Assembly (NCBI GenBank): GCA_016839815.1 | Contig: JAEOTM010000175.1 | Coordinates: 1-32,283 of the forward strand | Length of the DNA: 32,283 bases | From: Candidatus Hodarchaeota archaeon | GTDB lineage: Archaea > Asgardarchaeota > Heimdallarchaeia > Hodarchaeales > Hodarchaeaceae | Reading direction: 5' to 3' | Shown: one piece after another, positions 26,623 through 32,283 of the stretch | Layout of the letters: every line of letters starts with the position of its first letter | Numbering within the stretch: position 1 is the first letter of the stretch | The notes under the pieces: generated by a model | What the model saw: only the letters and a program-made list of their open reading frames with translations | Told to the model about the DNA's origin: nothing | Databases searched by the model: none | Position numbers and translations under genes: made by a program

Positions 26623-27891
26623 ATGATGGATATATTAGGCAGATATTCGGAATCTATTCGGAGAGCTCTGCAGGAAAACCGATGGTTAATATATTCCTTT
26701 CTATTAAACCTGATAATCCAGGTTGTTATAGCCGTAATCTATTATAATCCTGTTGACTTCGTTTTACAGGTAGAAACAGCCCGAGAAATTGCTCAGGGAA
26801 AGCTACTCTATCGTGACATTGGTCAAATCATCTATAATGAAAGAATTCTTCCTAATCCCCAATATCCGCCTTTATACCTATATACTCTTGCAGTTATCAT
26901 TGTTATAATAGGAGTAGATACCTTTACATTCAACATGGCTAAAATCTTTCTCATTTTTATCAATTTTTTAGTAGCACTCATTATTTACTACTTGATCCAT
27001 GCAAATTACGGTAAAAAACTTGCAATTATTGCATTCAACTGGTTTTTACTCAACCCTGCGACCCTAGGAATTACTCTTGGAGGTTATCATGAAAACTATA
27101 TGCTTCTCTTTGTCTTACTAGGATTCCTTTGTCTCAATCAAAAACGAACGATTATGAGTGGAATTTGTTTTGGATTAGCTCTGTTGGTTAAACCTATAGC
27201 TGCGATTTATTTTATTCCCATATTAATCTGGGGATTGAGAGAAAAGCAACTTAAATCACTTTATATTGGATTTATTGCTGGATTTACATTTCTAACCATC
27301 TCTCTCCCATTTCTTCTCTTGACACCTTCAGAATTTATTACGGATGTCTTTCTTGTCCATACAGAACGTCTTGATCCAAGTATGTCGTTTTATGTGTATA
27401 TTTTCTCAGACCTTTCACCTACTCTTTTTCCATTTCTCTTACAACTTTTACTCTTCTCAGCAACTGGAGTGATTATTTTATTCTTTATGGAATTCAAGGG
27501 TCCTCTAGAGATTTACATTGCAGTTTTACCATTTTCAACCATATTTCTTGCTTTCAATAGAATCCTTTACCCCCATTATATTCCACTAATCTTTCCTTTC
27601 CTTACTCTATTTTTATTCTTTCTATACGATCGATATAAGCAAGATCAACAAAATAAAGGAATTTTATGGCAGATTCGAGGTTTAATTGCTGGACTGAGTC
27701 TTGTCTATATTGGATATATTTGGTGGTCGATTTTGTGGTCAATTGAAGGATTCGAAACTTACACGACTAATATCTATTTTCCTATCGCTGCAGTCATTTG
27801 TATTAGCGGTCTTTTAATTATTACAATAGTTTCCCTCTGGTCAATCATAGTCACTTCCAGTGTAAAACAAAAGAAGGATTTCCATGTTTAG
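26623..27891 (+). CDS. GT-C superfamily polytopic glycosyltransferase (GT87/DUF2029/PIG-M-like)
   Basis: Acidic loop PVDF after TM1, GKLLYRD, YPPLYLY, LNP, LALLVKP, YPHY; about 11-12 TM helices. Confidence 0.8.
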   Translation: MMDILGRYSESIRRALQENRWLIYSFLLNLIIQVVIAVIYYNPVDFVLQVETAREIAQGKLLYRDIGQIIYNERILPNPQYPPLYLYTLAVIIVIIGVDTFTFNMAKIFLIFINFLVALIIYYLIHANYGKKLAIIAFNWFLLNPATLGITLGGYHENYMLLFVLLGFLCLNQKRTIMSGICFGLALLVKPIAAIYFIPILIWGLREKQLKSLYIGFIAGFTFLTISLPFLLLTPSEFITDVFLVHTERLDPSMSFYVYIFSDLSPTLFPFLLQLLLFSATGVIILFFMEFKGPLEIYIAVLPFSTIFLAFNRILYPHYIPLIFPFLTLFLFFLYDRYKQDQQNKGILWQIRGLIAGLSLVYIGYIWWSILWSIEGFETYTTNIYFPIAAVICISGLLIITIVSLWSIIVTSSVKQKKDFHV

Positions 27892-28477
27892 CGAACAAAT
27901 GGATCGTATACAAGCTCGATTACCTCCCATGTTTGTAACTATAAGTATTATGGGAGTATTAACCCTCATTTATATTTTAGGAATGATATTCTATCCCTAT
28001 CGATTATTAGAGCAATCATCTGAAATGTTGGGACAGTGGGGGCAGTCAAATAGACGAGTAATAAATGGAGAATGGTATAGACTATTTACAGCCTTTCTTA
28101 TTCATGGAAATATTATTCATTTAGCTTCAAATCTACTTTTCCTTCTTATATTTAGTACTAGACTTGAAGAGTTAACAGAAGGACATAAAATTTTTCTTGT
28201 TTTTCTCAGTAGTGGGATTTTTGGGAATATTGCTACCCTTTTCTCATTTTTAGTTGGGATGGAATTCCTTTCATTTGGTGCCTCAGGAGCAGTCTTTGGT
28301 TTGTTGGGAGCGGTGATTTTCCTACTAAGAGGAAAGTCAAAGCGAGAAAGAAGAACGATGTATTATTTTATTATAATCTTCTTTACTATAACTATTGGGC
28401 AGGATACGAATGTAATTTCCCACTTATTTGGACTAATAGGGGGATTTTATGTAATGAAAATTCTACACAAAATGTAA
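27884..28477 (+). CDS. Rhomboid intramembrane serine protease
   Basis: GEWYRLFTA, HGNIIHLASN, catalytic GASG and SHLFGLIGG; 8-nt overlap with the upstream GT. Confidence 0.95.
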   Translation: MFSEQMDRIQARLPPMFVTISIMGVLTLIYILGMIFYPYRLLEQSSEMLGQWGQSNRRVINGEWYRLFTAFLIHGNIIHLASNLLFLLIFSTRLEELTEGHKIFLVFLSSGIFGNIATLFSFLVGMEFLSFGASGAVFGLLGAVIFLLRGKSKRERRTMYYFIIIFFTITIGQDTNVISHLFGLIGGFYVMKILHKM

Positions 28478-28487
28478 AATGATTTGT

Positions 28488-30074
28488 TTAGTCCAATTCT
28501 GCTAAGAATTCACAATGGGGATGACCACTTGCTTGACATTTGGTTTCTCGAACGATTACATCCTCTTCGATAAAAAGATCCAACCTGCCGTTAATAAAAC
28601 CGGAAAGAAAATCATCGAGCATATTAACTTCAGGAGGCTGTTCAAGACCAGGAAAGAGTGTAGGGCGGTCGACAGCTGTTAAATCAATACCAGATGTAGC
28701 AGCGCTCTCCCATACTTTGAAAATGGCACTTTCGTCATCAATCTGTTGAACCACAACATCAGATAAAATTTTGGGTGAGCTTAAGTTTTTATCAAAATAA
28801 TAACTTAGAACGTCACAAGCCTGTTCAAATTCCATGGCCCCGAGAAGTTTAGCATCCAATCCACGACGATTAATAATCCTGCTTATTATTCCGATATCTT
28901 CTAAGATCTGACCATAATGTTGACCTGCATATGACAGTAATGTAGAATTGAACGGATCAGAGAATTTAAGGGAAGTTAGGATATGCTGTAAAACAGAAAT
29001 GTGAATGAAATCTCCAATCGCTGGACGCATCCACTTTTTATTCAAGAGCGAATGATACATATTTCTGGATATATTTCCAATAGAGAGTTCAAATCGAAGT
29101 CGGTCAGACTCACTGAAAAATTCTTTCGACTCGATATTTGAAATATTATAATGGTCAGATTCCTCTCCTAGCTTAATATCAAACTCGCAGTGATTATCCC
29201 CAAGTCCCCAGCATTTGGTCTCCGTGACTGCAGCTTTTTCTCCTAATGTTACTTCAATCAAACCCGCAATTTCCCCCGCAAGAAAACCACAAACATCTTG
29301 GCCAATATCGGAGTTTTCAACGGCATGAGCAGATCCATTTACATTAAGTTTGACATGATAATCTGATATTTTATTAATAGTTAAATCAGAAGCCACATTT
29401 AACGCCATAGGATTGGGCCCGTACAAAATTCGGAACCCTTTCAACATCTCGTTAAAACGGTTCTTCATTCGGTGTTCATTCATAATATTTCGATTATAGC
29501 TATGTAACCACGACTGAGCAGCACCAAATTTCCCCGCGAGTTCCCCTGCTCGGAATAAATACCCTTTGGCGACGGGATTAATAGCAATCAAAGATGTAAC
29601 AATCGCCTGTAAGTGACCAATGTGGACATAATCACCAATGGACGGTCGGATGACCGTTTCCAGTTCATCGACATCTAAAAGTCTACCAGAAACAGTGATG
29701 ATAGATAATTTTCGCCATCGATCGCGATCGGCTTCGCTAGCCTTAACTCCAGCTTCAATGAGCTTGTTAAAAAGATAATTGAACAGATCATATTGTTCGG
29801 AGGAAAACAGTCCAGTATCTTCACCCCCAAAAGAAGAAAACATAGAGGCAGCTTGTGTGGCACTTAATACTTCCTCATCATTAAACAGGACATGGGGGAC
29901 TTGATAGACATGATAACGTTTACTCGCAATATCAGAATGTTCATCGGTATCAATAGTCTTGAGAGTAGCACCCCCTTGAGAGGTTTCAACGATACGTTTG
30001 AGGTGACGTTCGACAGGCTTGCAAATAGCACATTTTGGACCTTTGAACAGTATTATGCTGATTGGTTCGGCCAT
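28488..30074 (-). CDS. Thioredoxin-like domain fused to two V4R domains
   Basis: CAIC and QVPHVLFN (Trx); V4R-1 VCGF...ETKCWGLGDNHCEF; V4R-2 LDDF...ETKCQASGHPHCEF; internal repeat RPSIGDYVHI / RPAIGDFIHI. Confidence 0.88.
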   Translation of the reverse strand: MAEPISIILFKGPKCAICKPVERHLKRIVETSQGGATLKTIDTDEHSDIASKRYHVYQVPHVLFNDEEVLSATQAASMFSSFGGEDTGLFSSEQYDLFNYLFNKLIEAGVKASEADRDRWRKLSIITVSGRLLDVDELETVIRPSIGDYVHIGHLQAIVTSLIAINPVAKGYLFRAGELAGKFGAAQSWLHSYNRNIMNEHRMKNRFNEMLKGFRILYGPNPMALNVASDLTINKISDYHVKLNVNGSAHAVENSDIGQDVCGFLAGEIAGLIEVTLGEKAAVTETKCWGLGDNHCEFDIKLGEESDHYNISNIESKEFFSESDRLRFELSIGNISRNMYHSLLNKKWMRPAIGDFIHISVLQHILTSLKFSDPFNSTLLSYAGQHYGQILEDIGIISRIINRRGLDAKLLGAMEFEQACDVLSYYFDKNLSSPKILSDVVVQQIDDESAIFKVWESAATSGIDLTAVDRPTLFPGLEQPPEVNMLDDFLSGFINGRLDLFIEEDVIVRETKCQASGHPHCEFLAELD

Positions 30075-30174
30075 GGATGTTTTTCCTTCCGTTTTTTTGT
30101 ATTTCGTGGGTTTTTGTGGACTTTCTTCTTTTTTCCCCTCATCAGATGTTGTCTTATGAGTTTTGTATTGCTAC

Positions 30175-30192
30175 TCTCATATATATCTTTCT
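30175..30192 (-). promoter_or_regulatory. BRE/TATA candidate for the Trx-V4R gene
   Basis: Minus strand AGAAAG-ATATATATGAG, about 100 nt upstream of ATG 30074. Confidence 0.45.
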
Positions 30193-30258
30193 CATCTCCC
30201 CATGTTTTTGCCTTCCCTCCTCCCCTCCCGTTGTTTTCTCCCGTCCCTCTATTTCTTT

Positions 30259-30548
30259 TTATGTTCCCATTTCAAGATAGTCTTTATTTTCTATTATTTC
30301 TGTTACCAGTGCTGTATAATCGATATAATTCAATATACTCCTCAGTATATTTCCCAATACTTCCCATTCAAGATTTTTCTCGATTTCTGTCACTCGTGTT
30401 TCCAAATCTTTCTGTGCTATCTCCTCCACTTCTGCCTGTGTCAATTCCCAATTTCTGTAAACGCTTCTCCCATTACATCGCCCAGTTCCTCGAAATACGA
30501 CGCAATTATTGTCTTCTGGATTATTTTCTTTCCTGCTTCTGTCAACAA
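30259..30548 (-). pseudogene. Frameshifted small acidic helical protein
   Basis: GGTGAGG SD (30555-30561), then TTG 30548 gives MLTEAGKKIIQKTIIASYFEELGDVMGEAFTEIGN*; protein-like sequence continues in the -1 frame as WELTQAEVEEIAQKD...IDYTALVTEIIENKDYLEMGT*. Confidence 0.55.
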
Positions 30549-30646
30549 TTTGTTCCTCACCTTTTTCTGATACTTTTTCTGAGCATAAAATCTTTATTTT
30601 CACCTTTCATCGAGTTTAAATTCATCCAAGACCTAGTGTTTTTGGA

Positions 30647-31192
30647 TTGGATTATTTGAAAAAACGTATCATACTAATTTCTGTACTAATTGTCTCTTAT
30701 TATCTGATAGGATTTCTTTATTACCAATATTTTTTACCTTATCCAGTAAAAGAAGGGACTTTTAATCTTTCAAACACCAGTGACCCCTTTGAAATTGAAT
30801 ATAATGACCCTGATATTTCCTATCGTGAATTTATAGTCGAGATAACACTAACCTCTGGTGGTCCTATAGAAATCGTCTACATCCAATGTTCAGATGATAT
30901 TCGCATTACTTTACATGACGGGTCTACTCAATTTGAGCACAATATGGCGGGGAATGTCTATATCCGACTCATCAATAGTGAGGCTATAGCTACAGGAACC
31001 TTTACAGTTATAGATCGTGCTTCTTTACTCATTCCCAAGTCTGCAACCGAAGCCTGTACATCTATGCCAGGAATTGCTTTTGCTTTCAATTATACAATCA
31101 TTCTCTTCGTAATTATGTTAATATCTGGTACGATCTATATTCTGATTTATAAACAGGATCAAGTAAAATCTCTAGCGAAAAAAATAAACTAG
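30647..31192 (+). CDS. Hypothetical membrane protein (N- and C-terminal TM helices, beta-rich external domain)
   Basis: Basic KKR followed by a TM, a beta-strand-rich middle with N-x-S sequons (NLS, NTS), then a C-terminal TM and basic tail. Confidence 0.75.
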   Translation: MDYLKKRIILISVLIVSYYLIGFLYYQYFLPYPVKEGTFNLSNTSDPFEIEYNDPDISYREFIVEITLTSGGPIEIVYIQCSDDIRITLHDGSTQFEHNMAGNVYIRLINSEAIATGTFTVIDRASLLIPKSATEACTSMPGIAFAFNYTIILFVIMLISGTIYILIYKQDQVKSLAKKIN

Positions 31193-31263
31193 TGGTGATT
31201 GGTATTTCGAATATACTATACGGAACAACAGATTTTTCAAGAATCTATCCAGAAATGAGGGAA

Positions 31264-31790
31264 TTATCCCCAATGCCAAGAATACTTTTCAAAAAGTTTG
31301 GTTTTGTGATGAGCTTCCATTATTCGTGGGGAACTCCTTGATAACTGCGTAAGCGCTAGTAAAAAGGCGTCAACAGTTTTAGGGGTAATATTGCCAATTC
31401 GGTATTTTTTAGTTTGATCTTGATTAACTGCTTCAATATACAAACGCCCGTGCAGACCAGTAAGGAAAGAATAGCGTTGTAAGCGGGCCATTTCGAAAGA
31501 AATTTTCATCCGATTATAGAAGTCCAAGGAGTGGTAGTAGAAGAAAACACCCCATTTAAACTGATAGAATCCTGAGTAAGAACAATTCTTGTTTTACGAC
31601 TAAGAAAAGACAAAATTGCACATAGCGTTAGTCGCAATAGTATATTTGGCAACGAAGGGAAAATCAACTTTATAGGAGGTAAATGGAACAACAAATCTTC
31701 ACGTAAGATTACCATTCGCACAATGGGTTCATCTAGTCAAAAATTATCAAAGAAAAAGACGAAATCAAAAGATAATCTTCCCTTTACCAT
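31264..31790 (-). pseudogene. Disrupted membrane protein with a PH-like (bPH) domain, or two coupled small ORFs
   Basis: ATG 31790, in-frame TGA at 31737-31739, TM then RIVLTQDSISLNGVFSSTTTPWTSIIG*, continuing in the -1 frame as MKISFEM...LYIE...KYRIGN. Confidence 0.5.
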
Positions 31791-31864
31791 ATTACTTTAC
31801 TATTTAACTAAGTCAATTAACCTGACTTTTACAGTTATTTTTGTCTTTTGATGGTGTTATCAGC

Positions 31865-32283
31865 ATGTTTAATTGTATTGAGTTCTATAAAAAAGAAAAT
31901 GAGAAAATTTCCTCATCCTATACGGCTTCTATTAAAAGAATTAAACAAATAATTGAAGAAATTGGTTCTAATAAGGATGATTCAAAAGAAAAATATTATT
32001 CTTTCATGAACCATACGGCTAATTTAATTATTAAATTGTGTACCCTTGAAGAGAATTTATCGGATGAATATTTCAGAATTACACCTTTAAAAGAGTTACA
32101 AAATACAAATAACTCACTATACGATGAGGTTCTTCCTGAAAATTATGACAAAAGTTATGCTAATCCACAATATTGTGTAAAAATCTTTGGGAATGAATAT
32201 GGACAATTAATTTCATGGTTTTATACACTTTACCGTAGTTATATTTCCTATGCCTTTTATCATAAACGGTTTAAAATGGAAGA
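31865..32283 (+). CDS. N-terminal part of a large aminopeptidase (leucyl aminopeptidase/peptidase M29-type); truncated by the window end
   Basis: Hand-translated open frame from ATG 31865 (GGTG SD). LKELQNTNNSLYDEVLPENYDKSYANPQYCVKIFGNEYGQLIS resembles, from memory, the N-terminal extension of such aminopeptidases. Confidence 0.65.
   Translation, partial: MFNCIEFYKKENEKISSSYTASIKRIKQIIEEIGSNKDDSKEKYYSFMNHTANLIIKLCTLEENLSDEYFRITPLKELQNTNNSLYDEVLPENYDKSYANPQYCVKIFGNEYGQLISWFYTLYRSYISYAFYHKRFKME

Noticed and set aside
1560-29863. Short antisense or nested ORFs in the track (e.g. 1560-1775, 2490-2735, 5235-5567, 9945-10286, 10542-10814, 20060-20392, 22493-22879, 28540-28749)
   Set aside because: They overlap well-supported genes, mostly on the opposite strand, and lack motifs or SD sites.
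29892-30659. Long plus-strand ORFs 29892-30659, 30062-30280 and 30163-30570
   Set aside because: Phe/Leu/Ser/Pro-rich shadow frames produced by pyrimidine skew, antisense to better-supported genes.

Overview
A 32.3-kb, low-GC archaeal chromosomal window. It most likely comes from an Asgard archaeon, probably Heimdallarchaeia/Hodarchaeales-like. This is an inference from two longin-like proteins, a tandem-V4R protein, a geranylgeranyl reductase, an archaeal PGI/PMI and GGTGA/GGAGG ribosome-binding sites. No rRNA, tRNA, CRISPR array or transposase was recognised. The intact housekeeping or metabolic genes are hypD, PGI/PMI, GGR, Mrp/ApbC, DUF362, a SagB-type nitroreductase, DUF364, an MFS transporter, a GNAT and a TIM-barrel isomerase. 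Five more unusual groups are interleaved with them. (i) A winged-helix regulator and a divergent string of tiny ORFs share three copies of a TTCAGT-N5-ACTGAR operator. (ii) Eukaryotic-signature-like proteins: a 7TM-longin fusion, an 848-aa longin/helical protein, a Trx-V4R-V4R fusion, and a helical/polyproline/beta-sandwich membrane protein. (iii) A GT-C glycosyltransferase overlaps an active rhomboid protease. (iv) A stand-alone tandem-wHTH plus P-loop ATPase pair. (v) A three-gene orphan operon lies behind 10-bp direct repeats. Several accessory genes carry single nonsense or frameshift lesions. All family calls come from motif recognition by eye; no searches were run.
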